From contig JAVKIJ010000013.1 in the NCBI GenBank assembly GCA_031459535.1, forward strand, positions 1 through 51,063: a stretch of 51,063 nt of DNA, given 5' to 3'. Positions within the stretch are counted from its first letter, which is position 1; the number at the start of each line of letters is the position of its first letter. The notes beneath the pieces were generated by a model, which saw only the letters and a program-made list of their open reading frames with translations, did no database searches and was not told the origin of the DNA. The position numbers and the translations under genes were made by a program. Shown here one piece after another: positions 8,730-16,931 of the stretch. Source of the stretch: Candidatus Fervidifonticultor quintus. Lineage in GTDB: Bacteria; Sysuimicrobiota; Sysuimicrobiia; Sysuimicrobiales; Humicultoraceae.

Positions 8730-9647
8730 ATGGCCGACCTCCAGCGACTCGACCACGATCTGTACCTCATCGACACTCGGTACAACGGCACGCCACAGGC
8801 GATCGGCGTGTTCCTGCTGACCGGAGACCGTCCGGCTCTCATCGAGACGGGTCCGGCCGCGCGGATCGAGACAGTGCTGGACGGAGTCCGATCCGCAGGT
8901 CTCGCGCCCGAAGATCTCCAGGCGGTCGCCGTCACCCACATCCACCTGGACCATGCCGGAGCGGTCGGTGAGCTGGTGCAGCGCCTTCCGCACCTGGACG
9001 TCTATGTCCACCCCGTGGGCGCGCCACATCTGGCGGACCCGTCGCGGCTGCTCGCCAGCGCTGGCCGGCTCTACGGCGACGAGCTCGAACCGCTGTTTGG
9101 TCCGGTCCTGCCGGTTCCCGCCCGCCGCATTCACACCCTGGAGGATGGCGCGCACCTCGTGCTCGGATCGAGGCGGCTGGTGGCCCTGGATACCCCCGGA
9201 CATGCCCGTCACCACCTAGTGTATGTCGATGAGGCGACCGGCGAGGTGTTCACAGGCGATGCCGCAGGTGTGGCGGTTCCGGGTTCGCGGTACGTGCGGC
9301 CGCCCACCCCGCCCCCTGAGCTCGACCCGCCGGCGTGGGATGCCACCATAGAGCGGCTGCGGGCGCTGCGGCCGTCCCGGCTCTTCCTGACCCATTTCGG
9401 CCCGCACGGGGGGGCCGACGAACTGCTGATGCAACTGCGCCGCCGGCTGCACGCGGCGCTCGACCTGGTCGAGCGCGCCCTGGCCGAGGGGCTCGAGGCC
9501 CAGGCCGTTGTAGCGCGCCTGCAGTCGTGGCTCCTCGCCGACCTAGCCGCAGCCGAGGGACGGGAGCAGGCCACGCGCCACGAGGTCATCATGTCGACCC
9601 GCCTGAGCGCCCTCGGCCTCATCCGCTACGTGCAGAAGAGGGGCTGA
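8730..9647 (+). CDS. MBL-fold metallo-hydrolase
   Basis: THIHLDHAG, TPGHARHH, FTGD, THFG. Confidence 0.92.
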   Translation: MADLQRLDHDLYLIDTRYNGTPQAIGVFLLTGDRPALIETGPAARIETVLDGVRSAGLAPEDLQAVAVTHIHLDHAGAVGELVQRLPHLDVYVHPVGAPHLADPSRLLASAGRLYGDELEPLFGPVLPVPARRIHTLEDGAHLVLGSRRLVALDTPGHARHHLVYVDEATGEVFTGDAAGVAVPGSRYVRPPTPPPELDPPAWDATIERLRALRPSRLFLTHFGPHGGADELLMQLRRRLHAALDLVERALAEGLEAQAVVARLQSWLLADLAAAEGREQATRHEVIMSTRLSALGLIRYVQKRG

Positions 9648-9693
9648 AGATATCCGAGGCGCAGGCGAATCCAAGCCGCCGGCAGGTGCCGCT

Positions 9694-10626
9694 ATGCACG
9701 TCACGGTGCTGGGGAGTCTGAATACCGATCTCGTGGTATGGGCGCCGAGGTTGCCCCAGGTCGGCGAGACCGTGCCGGGCGGCACATTCGCCGTCTTCCA
9801 CGGCGGCAAGGGAGCCAATCAGGCCGTGGCGGCCGCGCGGTTGGGCGCGGAGGTCACCATGATCGGCTGTGTGGGTGCAGACGCCTTCGGGCGACAGTTG
9901 ATCGAGGGGCTGGCCGCTGAGGGCATCGATACCCGCCACGTGCGCGTTGCCGACGGTGCGGCATCTGGCGTCGCCCTCATCACGGTGGACCCCCAGGCGC
10001 GCAACACCATCGTGGTCGCCGCAGGCGCCAACGAACGCGTTGAGGCCCGTGACGTGGATGCCGCAGCCGAGGCCATCGCGGCCAGCCAGGTCCTCCTATT
10101 GCAGCTCGAGGTACCGCTGGACGCCGTCGTTCACGCGGCGACGTTGGCCCGACGCCACCGGTGCTGTATCATTCTGGATCCGGCCCCGGCGCCGGCGGCG
10201 CCGCTCCCCAAGGAGCTGTTCGAGTCCCTCTCGGTGATCGTCCCCAACGAGGTCGAAGCGCGCGTGCTGACCGGCGTTGATGTCAGCGACGAGGGCGGCG
10301 CCGCGGCGGCGGCGCGGCGGCTCCTGGTGATGGGTGCTCAGGCGGTGGTCATCAAGCGCGGGGCCGCCGGCGCCCTGTGGGCCACCGGATCCGAGAGTGA
10401 GGCAGTGCCCGGAATTCCGGTCCGGGCGGTCGACTCCACGGCGGCGGGCGACGCGTTCGCTGCCGCACTGGGGGTGGCCCTGGGAGAGGGCCGAGCACTG
10501 CGCGACGCGGTGCGCCTTGCCAACGCCGCCGCCGCGCTCTCCGTGACCCGCATGGGGGCCCAGCCGTCCATGCCGCGGCGCGATGAGGTGACGGCCTTTG
10601 CACGCGCGCGAGGCCTGTCGGTCTAG
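9694..10626 (+). CDS. rbsK: Ribokinase
   Basis: GSLNTD, GGKGANQAVAAARLG, LQLE, PNEVE, DSTAAGDAF. Confidence 0.93.
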   Translation: MHVTVLGSLNTDLVVWAPRLPQVGETVPGGTFAVFHGGKGANQAVAAARLGAEVTMIGCVGADAFGRQLIEGLAAEGIDTRHVRVADGAASGVALITVDPQARNTIVVAAGANERVEARDVDAAAEAIAASQVLLLQLEVPLDAVVHAATLARRHRCCIILDPAPAPAAPLPKELFESLSVIVPNEVEARVLTGVDVSDEGGAAAAARRLLVMGAQAVVIKRGAAGALWATGSESEAVPGIPVRAVDSTAAGDAFAAALGVALGEGRALRDAVRLANAAAALSVTRMGAQPSMPRRDEVTAFARARGLSV

Positions 10627-10648
10627 CGACCCGGCCCCGCTGCAGGCG

Positions 10649-11218
10649 CTACAAGAGCCGCGCGGTCACGCAGCCTTCGACCACCTCGATGAGCGCCCCA
10701 CCGGTCTTTCCGTCGCCCATGGTGCAGTTGACGACCAACGTCCCCTCGACCTCAGCGATGCCCGGTGACTCATGGATGTGGCCGCAGGCGTGCGCCTTCG
10801 GGCGCACCCGTGCCAGGATCTCGCGCACCGTGTGGGACCCCACGTGCTGTCCCGTGAATGCCACGTCCAGCGTGCCGCGCGGTGGCTCGTGTGTCACCAG
10901 CAGGTCGCATGGCCCTCCTACCTCGGGCCCGCCGAACGACACGCCGCCGATCACCACAGGCTCTGCCCCCGCCAGCCGGCCTCTGCGCGTGATGGTCTCT
11001 GCGGCGCGGGCATCATCCATGTTGCCGGGAACCGCGAGCACCGGCACGGGGAGGACGTGGAGGAGATCGAGGGCCTCTTCTCCCCGGCCCAGGTGGGTCA
11101 GGTCGCCGGGTAGCAGGACGACATCGGGGTGGTGCTCGGCGACCAGGGCTCGCACGCGCGCGATGCGCTCGGGACGGCCGTGGATGTCGGCGCAGGCCAG
11201 CACCCGCAGCCCGGCCAT
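10649..11218 (-). CDS. Calcineurin-like metallophosphoesterase
   Basis: ADIHG, PGDLT, PGNMD, THEPP, GHIHE. Confidence 0.9.
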   Translation of the reverse strand: MAGLRVLACADIHGRPERIARVRALVAEHHPDVVLLPGDLTHLGRGEEALDLLHVLPVPVLAVPGNMDDARAAETITRRGRLAGAEPVVIGGVSFGGPEVGGPCDLLVTHEPPRGTLDVAFTGQHVGSHTVREILARVRPKAHACGHIHESPGIAEVEGTLVVNCTMGDGKTGGALIEVVEGCVTARLL

Positions 11219-11222
11219 GCCC

Positions 11223-11750
11223 CTAACCCTCCGATGTCTGCGACGACCCGGACGACCCGGTCGCCACGTGACGCCGGTAGGCCTCGCGCACGAGGCGCCA
11301 GGCCTCGCCCGCTCCAGCCCACCCGTAGATCTCCACCGCCTTCTCCTCGAGGGTCTTGTACGTCGTGAAAAAGTGTTCGATCTCCTTGAGAAAGTGCGGC
11401 GGCACATGGTCGAGGTCGGCCACGCCGTCGAAGCGGGGGTCGCCGAGGGGCACCGCCAGGATCTTCTGATCCCGGCCCTTCTCGTCCCGCATATCCAGCA
11501 CCCCGATGGGTCGCACCTCCACCAGGCAGCCCGGGAAGGTGGGTTCATAGACGAAGATCAACACGTCCAGATGGTCGCCGTCTTCGGCCATGGTATCCAG
11601 CAGGAAGCCGTAGTCTGCGGGATAGTGCAGCGGCGAGTACAGCACGCGATCTAGGCGGATGCCTCCGTGCGCCGGGTCGATCTCGTACTTGTTGCGGCTG
11701 CCCCGCGGTACCTCCACTTGTGCCAGCAACGCCCGCGGCTGGTCGCTCAT
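11223..11750 (-). CDS. ppa: Family I inorganic pyrophosphatase
   Basis: RNKYE, LDRVLY, YPADYG, DGDHLDV, DQKIL, HFFTTYK. Confidence 0.95.
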   Translation of the reverse strand: MSDQPRALLAQVEVPRGSRNKYEIDPAHGGIRLDRVLYSPLHYPADYGFLLDTMAEDGDHLDVLIFVYEPTFPGCLVEVRPIGVLDMRDEKGRDQKILAVPLGDPRFDGVADLDHVPPHFLKEIEHFFTTYKTLEEKAVEIYGWAGAGEAWRLVREAYRRHVATGSSGSSQTSEG

Positions 11751-12148
11751 GTCGCCTCTCCTGTCAGGTCCTTGATGAGGTCCCGGATCCGCTGCGCAAG
11801 CCCGTCGCGCACCTCGCGGTAGAAGTCCATCTCTTGCCCGGCCGGATTGGGGATCGGCCAGTGCAGGCTGGGGATGCCCGGGGTGACCGGGCAGGCCTCT
11901 TCGGCACACAGCCCAATCACCAGCCGCACGTCGGGATTCATGGCCTGCGCCATGGACTTCGGCCGGTGCCGTTCAATATCGACGCCGATCTCGCGCATGA
12001 CGGCCACGGCCTCTCTGCGCACCGCCTCCCCAGGGTCCGTCCCCGCGGACCGCGCGGCCCAACCCGCCGGCGCCAGGGCGTTGAAGAGCCCCTCGGCCAT
12101 CTGCGAGCGGGCGGTGTTGTGGTGTCAAACGAACAGGACGTGGCGCAC
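11747..12148 (-). CDS. arsC: Thioredoxin-type arsenate reductase (LMW-PTP fold), predicted selenoprotein with Sec at codon 8
   Basis: GAGGAGG SD then GTG CGC CAC GTC CTG TTC GTT TGA CAC CAC AAC ACC GCC CGC TCG CAG ATG GCC GAG = MRHVLFV[U]HHNTARSQMAE; also SAGT, LCAEEACP, LHW. Confidence 0.85.
12088..12112 (-). promoter_or_regulatory. Candidate bacterial SECIS hairpin downstream of the in-frame UGA
   Basis: mRNA GCCC-G-CUCG-C[AGAUG]G-C-CGAG-GGGC; apical loop starts about 22 nt after UGA with G at loop position 2. Confidence 0.6.
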
Positions 12149-12170
12149 GACGGCCTCCTCGATCGAAGTG

Positions 12171-12827
12171 CTACACATTCAGCTCGCGAAGTTCCCCGGT
12201 AGCGACGTAGATGACCCGTTCAGCCATGTTGGTGATGTGGTCGGCCGCGCGCTCGAGGTGCTGGGCAACGAGGAGTAGCTCCAGCGCCCGCGGGACCGTG
12301 GCGGGATCGCTGATCATGTAGGTGAGCAACTCCCGGAAGACCTGGCTGCGGAGGGCGTCCACCTCGTCATCCATTCTGGCGGCCGCTTCGGCCAGGGTCA
12401 CGTCACGGCTGAGGAACGCCTCGACGACCCGGTGCAGCATGTTCTGGACCAGGGCTTCCATCCGCGGGATGTCAATCAACGGCTTGAGCAACGGCTGATG
12501 GGCCAGCCGCTTCGCGGCCTTCGAGATACCCTCGGCGTGGTCGGCCATGCGCTCCAGGTCGATGGTGATGGCCAGCACGGCGGCAATGGTTCGCAGGTCG
12601 GAGGCCATGGGCTGCTGCAGGACCAGCAGGCGCATGTACCGGTTCTCCAGGTCCATGTGGAGAGCGTCGATGCCGTCGTCGTCGCGAATGACCTGATCGG
12701 CTCGGGCCGGGTCCCGGTTCCGCAGCGCTTCGACGGACGCGTGGATGGCTGCCCCTGCTATTCGCGCCATGTGCAGCACGTCCGCCTGCAGTGCCTCGAG
12801 TTCTCGGACAAAGAGGTCTCTCGTCAC
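12171..12827 (-). CDS. phoU: Phosphate signalling protein PhoU
   Basis: DDDGID, LQQPMASDLR, DLERMADHA, DDEVD, LERAADHITNMAERVIY. Confidence 0.96.
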   Translation of the reverse strand: MTRDLFVRELEALQADVLHMARIAGAAIHASVEALRNRDPARADQVIRDDDGIDALHMDLENRYMRLLVLQQPMASDLRTIAAVLAITIDLERMADHAEGISKAAKRLAHQPLLKPLIDIPRMEALVQNMLHRVVEAFLSRDVTLAEAAARMDDEVDALRSQVFRELLTYMISDPATVPRALELLLVAQHLERAADHITNMAERVIYVATGELRELNV

Positions 12828-12840
12828 GCCCGGTCCCGAC

Positions 12841-13779
12841 CTACCGGAGGTCGAGGCGGTACCCGATCCCCCGCACGGCCAGGATGCGCACGCCTCCGCG
12901 GGCCTCGACCTTCCTACGCAGCCAGCCCACGTGCGTATCCAGGGTCCGGGAGTCGCCGAAGTAGTCTTCGCCCCACACCTCGCGCAGGAGCCGCTCGCGC
13001 CGGACCACCTTGCCCTGGTGCCTGAGGAGGAGATGCAGCAGGCTGAACTCCTTTGCGGTAAGCGGAACCGGCTCGCCGGCCACCGTGGTCTCGTGACGCT
13101 CGGTGTCCATGACGAGGCGGCCAGCCACGAGCCGGTGATCGGCCCCGGTCCGCATGACGAGGCCTTCGAGGACGTTGGCGATGTCCTCGCACCGGTCGGT
13201 GCCGGTCTCGAGCATCTCGCAGATGTCTTTCCACTTGATGATTTCCCGGGCGTCACGCCGACTGGTGAACAGGGCCTCCAGGGCGTCCCGCAGCAGGTCG
13301 TCTCCGCGGTTCTCCAGGCGGTGCAGGGCACGGGTGTGGGAGAACACCTCGCGCCCGCTGCGCGCTTCCTCCAACGCCTGGCTGATCTCCCTGGCGCACT
13401 GCAGCATGACCTCGCCCAGCGCCCGCGCGGTGGGCAGGACGCGACGGATCCGGTGGATGGCCAACCGCGCGGCGGCCGCCTCGATGGCGTCCAGCACGTC
13501 GTCCAGGAATCCGGTCAGGGACTGCAGGGCTTCTCGCTCGCCGGGCGGACCGCCAAGGCGCGCCAGCGCCTCGAAGAGGTCCCGGGCGACCGCGTCGCCC
13601 TTGTGCTCCAGGTCGCGGACAGTCTGCCAGACGCCGTCGAAAGCCGCCCGGGCCTCCAACCCGGCCATCAGGGACTCGGCAGCGTCCAGAATGGCACGGG
13701 CCATCTCTTCGAGCAGCTCGAACTCTCGCTCGAGGACGGACGGAGGAGTGCTGGTGGAGAAGGCCCGAACATCAGCCAT
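12841..13779 (-). CDS. DUF47 (Pit accessory/PhoU-like) domain fused to an OmpR/PhoB-type winged-helix DNA-binding domain
   Basis: N-terminal LEHKGD, LDDVLD, LENRGD, IIKWKDICEMLETGTDRCED; C-terminal LTAKEFSLL, LLREVWG, SRTLDTHVGWLRRK, VRGIGYR. Confidence 0.88.
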   Translation of the reverse strand: MADVRAFSTSTPPSVLEREFELLEEMARAILDAAESLMAGLEARAAFDGVWQTVRDLEHKGDAVARDLFEALARLGGPPGEREALQSLTGFLDDVLDAIEAAAARLAIHRIRRVLPTARALGEVMLQCAREISQALEEARSGREVFSHTRALHRLENRGDDLLRDALEALFTSRRDAREIIKWKDICEMLETGTDRCEDIANVLEGLVMRTGADHRLVAGRLVMDTERHETTVAGEPVPLTAKEFSLLHLLLRHQGKVVRRERLLREVWGEDYFGDSRTLDTHVGWLRRKVEARGGVRILAVRGIGYRLDLR

Positions 13780-13816
13780 GCTGCATTGAGCATACCACGC
13801 CCGCGGCGCGGGCGCG

Positions 13817-14950
13817 CTAGCCGTAGAGCGGCAACGGGTGCGGTCGCAGCGCGTCGCCGATGCGGCGGCGAACGCCCTCAAAGACCTCCAGATCGTATTG
13901 CCCCACGAACGTGATGGCCTCGCCCCGGCGACCGGCGCGAGCCGTGCGTCCCACCCGGTGCACGTAGGTGTCCAGGTCTTCCGGCACGTCGTAGTTAATG
14001 ACGTGGGAGACATCGGGCAGGTCCAGACCCCGCGAGGCCACATTGGTGGCGACCAACACCCGGGCCTGCCCCGCGGCGAACGCCGCAAGGGCGCGTAGCC
14101 GGGCCCCCTGGGTCATGTCACCGTGCAGGACCTCGGCGTGCACCCCGCGCTCCCGCAGGACCTTCGCCAGGCGATCCACCCCCCGCCGCGTGCGCCGGAA
14201 GACCAGGGCCGACGGCACCTCGCCGCTGGTCAGCAGCAGCCGCAGCGCCCGCACCTTGTCCTGCTCGGCCACTTCCAGGAAGTACTGGGTGACGGTTTGG
14301 ACGGTCGGCGCTGGCGCCGCGATCCTGATCCAGACCGGGCGCCGCAGGTACCGGACCGCCAGGCTGGAGATGGCATCGGGCAGGGTCGCCGAGAAGAGCG
14401 CGGTCTGGCGGGCCGCCGGCGTCTGACGGATGATGGCCTCCACATCGGGCAGGAACCCCATGTCCAGCATCCGGTCGGCTTCGTCCAGCACCAGGAAGCG
14501 GATTGCGTCGAGGCGCACACTGCCGCGCCGCAGGTGGTCCAGCAGCCGGCCCGGTGTCGCCACAATCACTTGCACGCCCGCACGCAGCGACGCCAGCTGC
14601 CTTGCCATGGGCTGGCCGCCGTAGAGCGCGGCGGTGCGGAGACGCGATGTGGCCAGCCCGCGGACGACGTCCGAGATCTGGATGGCCAGTTCGCGGGTCG
14701 GGGCCAGGACCAGCGCGCCAGCAGCCCGCGCCCTGCGGTCGAGACGCTCGACCATGGGGATCGCGAAGGCGCCGGTCTTGCCTGAACCGGTCTGCGCCTG
14801 TCCGGCCACGTCGTGGCCGTCCAGCAGCGCGGGAATCGCCTGCGACTGAATCGGGGTGGGTTCGGTCCACCCCAGAGCTGAGATGGCCCGGAGGGTTTCC
14901 GGGCTCAAGGCGAAGCCGCCGAACGCCGCTTCGCGCGTCGAGGTAGAAAT
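13817..14950 (-). CDS. DEAD-box RNA helicase (probable ATT start)
   Basis: PTPIQ, AQTGSGKT, PTRELA, TPGRL, DEAD, SAT, HGD, RGLD, HRVGRTAR. Confidence 0.93.
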   Translation of the reverse strand: MSTSTREAAFGGFALSPETLRAISALGWTEPTPIQSQAIPALLDGHDVAGQAQTGSGKTGAFAIPMVERLDRRARAAGALVLAPTRELAIQISDVVRGLATSRLRTAALYGGQPMARQLASLRAGVQVIVATPGRLLDHLRRGSVRLDAIRFLVLDEADRMLDMGFLPDVEAIIRQTPAARQTALFSATLPDAISSLAVRYLRRPVWIRIAAPAPTVQTVTQYFLEVAEQDKVRALRLLLTSGEVPSALVFRRTRRGVDRLAKVLRERGVHAEVLHGDMTQGARLRALAAFAAGQARVLVATNVASRGLDLPDVSHVINYDVPEDLDTYVHRVGRTARAGRRGEAITFVGQYDLEVFEGVRRRIGDALRPHPLPLYG

Positions 14951-15128
14951 AGACTTGACCTCCGCTGGACCCGGGAGCCCCGGGTCGAATGTGAGCCGGC
15001 ATCCTGCGCGTGCCCGCCGGTCCACCCGACCCTGGTGAGGACGAACGCTGGGACACACGAAACGGGCGGTGTCATCACGTCAACATCGCCCGTCCCACAA
15101 CGCAACTATGTCGACTACAAACAGGCTA

Positions 15129-15572
15129 TCACACGAGGCGCTCCAGCGCAACCCCGCCTTCCTCAAGCACCCGGCGAGCCAGCGCATCGGGATAGTCGCC
15201 AGCGAAGACGACGCGCCGCAGCCCGGCGTTGAGGATCATCTTGGCACAGGTCAGGCATGGCTGGTGGGTCACGTAGATGGTCGCGCCGTTGATGCTCACG
15301 CCGTGGTAGGCCGCCTGGATGATGGCGTTCTGCTCGGCGTGGATGCACAGACAGGTGTCGTGCCCGGTGCCCGAGGGCGCGTCGCTCGCGCAGCGCTCGC
15401 AGCCTCCGTCCCCGCAGTTGGGGAGCCCCCGTGGGGTATCGTTGTAGCCCGTGGAGAGCACCATGCGGTCTTTGACGATGACCGCGCCGACCCGCCGCCG
15501 CAGGCACGTGGAGCGTGACGCCGCGAGTTCGGCTATCCGCATGAAGTACTCGTCCCACGAGGGGCGGGACAT
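15129..15572 (-). CDS. dCMP deaminase (ComEB/cytidine deaminase family)
   Basis: RPSWDEYFM, RSTCLRRRVGA, HAEQNA, PCLTC. Confidence 0.92.
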   Translation of the reverse strand: MSRPSWDEYFMRIAELAASRSTCLRRRVGAVIVKDRMVLSTGYNDTPRGLPNCGDGGCERCASDAPSGTGHDTCLCIHAEQNAIIQAAYHGVSINGATIYVTHQPCLTCAKMILNAGLRRVVFAGDYPDALARRVLEEGGVALERLV

Positions 15573-16894
15573 TAGAACTCGATCAGGTACCGTTCAATCT
15601 CCCAGGGATGCACGGTGGCGATGTACTGGCGCCATTCCAGCTTCTTGGCCCTGGCCAGGTGCTCGACGATATGGCTGCCCAGGGTCTCGCAGACGAGCTC
15701 ATCGGCCAGGAGCGCCTGCATGGCCTCCTCCAGATTGCGGGGCAGGACCCGGATACCCAGGGTCTCCAGTTCGTCCTCGGTCATGGCATAGATGTTCCGG
15801 TTGAGCGGCGGCCCCGGGTCGAGCCGGCGCCGGATCCCGTCGAGCCCGGCCGCCAGTATGACGGCCATGGCCAGGTACGGGTTGCAGGACGGATCGGGCA
15901 TGCGCAGTTCCACCCGTGTGGCGCTGCCACGGCCGGCCGGAACCCGCACCAGCGGTGAACGGTTGCGTTCGGCCCAGGCGATGTAGACCGGCGCTTCATA
16001 GCCTGGCACCAGTCGCTTGTAGGAGTTCACCAGCGGATTGGTCACCGCCGCCAATCCCCGGGCATGCTCCAACAGCCCTCCGATATAGTGCAGGCACACA
16101 TCGCTGAGCTGGTAGGCACCCCGGGGATCGAAGAACGCGTTCTGGTTGTCGCGGAAGAGCGACTGGTGGGTGTGCATCCCCGATCCGTTGATGCCGGCGA
16201 TCGGCTTGGGCATGAAGGTCGCATGCAGGCCGTGTCGACGCGCGATCGTCCGCACCACGAAGCGAAAGGTGGCCACATTATCGGCCGTGGTGAGCACATC
16301 GGTGTACCGAAAGTCGATCTCGTGCTGGCCGTGGGCGACCTCGTGGTGCCCGGCCTCCACCTGGAACCCCATGGCGGTCAGCGCCGTGATCATATCGGCC
16401 CGCGCCTCCTCTCCCTTGTCCAGCGGCGCCAGGTCGAAGTATCCGGCCTTGTCGTGGGTCACGAGCTCCGGCCGGCCGTCCGCCGTCAGGGGGAACAGGA
16501 AGAACTCGCACTCCGGGCCGGCCATCATGGTGAAGCCCTGGTCCTCCGCGATTCGGATGGCCCGCCGCAACACGTACCGTGGGTCGCCCTCGAATGGCTC
16601 ACCGTCCGCCGTATGGATGTCACAGATCAGGCGCGCGGTCACGCCCTCGGCGCCCTTCCACGGGAAGAGCGCAAACGTGGCCGGATCAGGGATGAGGATC
16701 ATGTCCGACTCCTCGATGCGGACGAACCCCTCGATGGACGACCCATCGAACATGATCTGGTTGTCCAGCGCTTTCTCGAGTTCCTCGACGGGAATCTCGA
16801 CGTTCTTGAGGGTTCCCAGGATATCGGTGAACTGAAGCCGGACGAAGCGCACTCCGTGGGCGCTGGCCTGTTTGAGTACCTGCTCCTTGGTCAT
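15572..16894 (-). CDS. glnA: Glutamine synthetase type I
   Basis: FDGSSIEGF, HHEVAHGQHEIDF, NGSGMH, YKRLVPGYEAP, NRSPLVRVP, ELRMPD. Confidence 0.95.
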   Translation of the reverse strand: MTKEQVLKQASAHGVRFVRLQFTDILGTLKNVEIPVEELEKALDNQIMFDGSSIEGFVRIEESDMILIPDPATFALFPWKGAEGVTARLICDIHTADGEPFEGDPRYVLRRAIRIAEDQGFTMMAGPECEFFLFPLTADGRPELVTHDKAGYFDLAPLDKGEEARADMITALTAMGFQVEAGHHEVAHGQHEIDFRYTDVLTTADNVATFRFVVRTIARRHGLHATFMPKPIAGINGSGMHTHQSLFRDNQNAFFDPRGAYQLSDVCLHYIGGLLEHARGLAAVTNPLVNSYKRLVPGYEAPVYIAWAERNRSPLVRVPAGRGSATRVELRMPDPSCNPYLAMAVILAAGLDGIRRRLDPGPPLNRNIYAMTEDELETLGIRVLPRNLEEAMQALLADELVCETLGSHIVEHLARAKKLEWRQYIATVHPWEIERYLIEF

Positions 16895-16931
16895 CGTTCC
16901 TCCTTATCCCACCGTGTCTTCCTTCGCGCGC

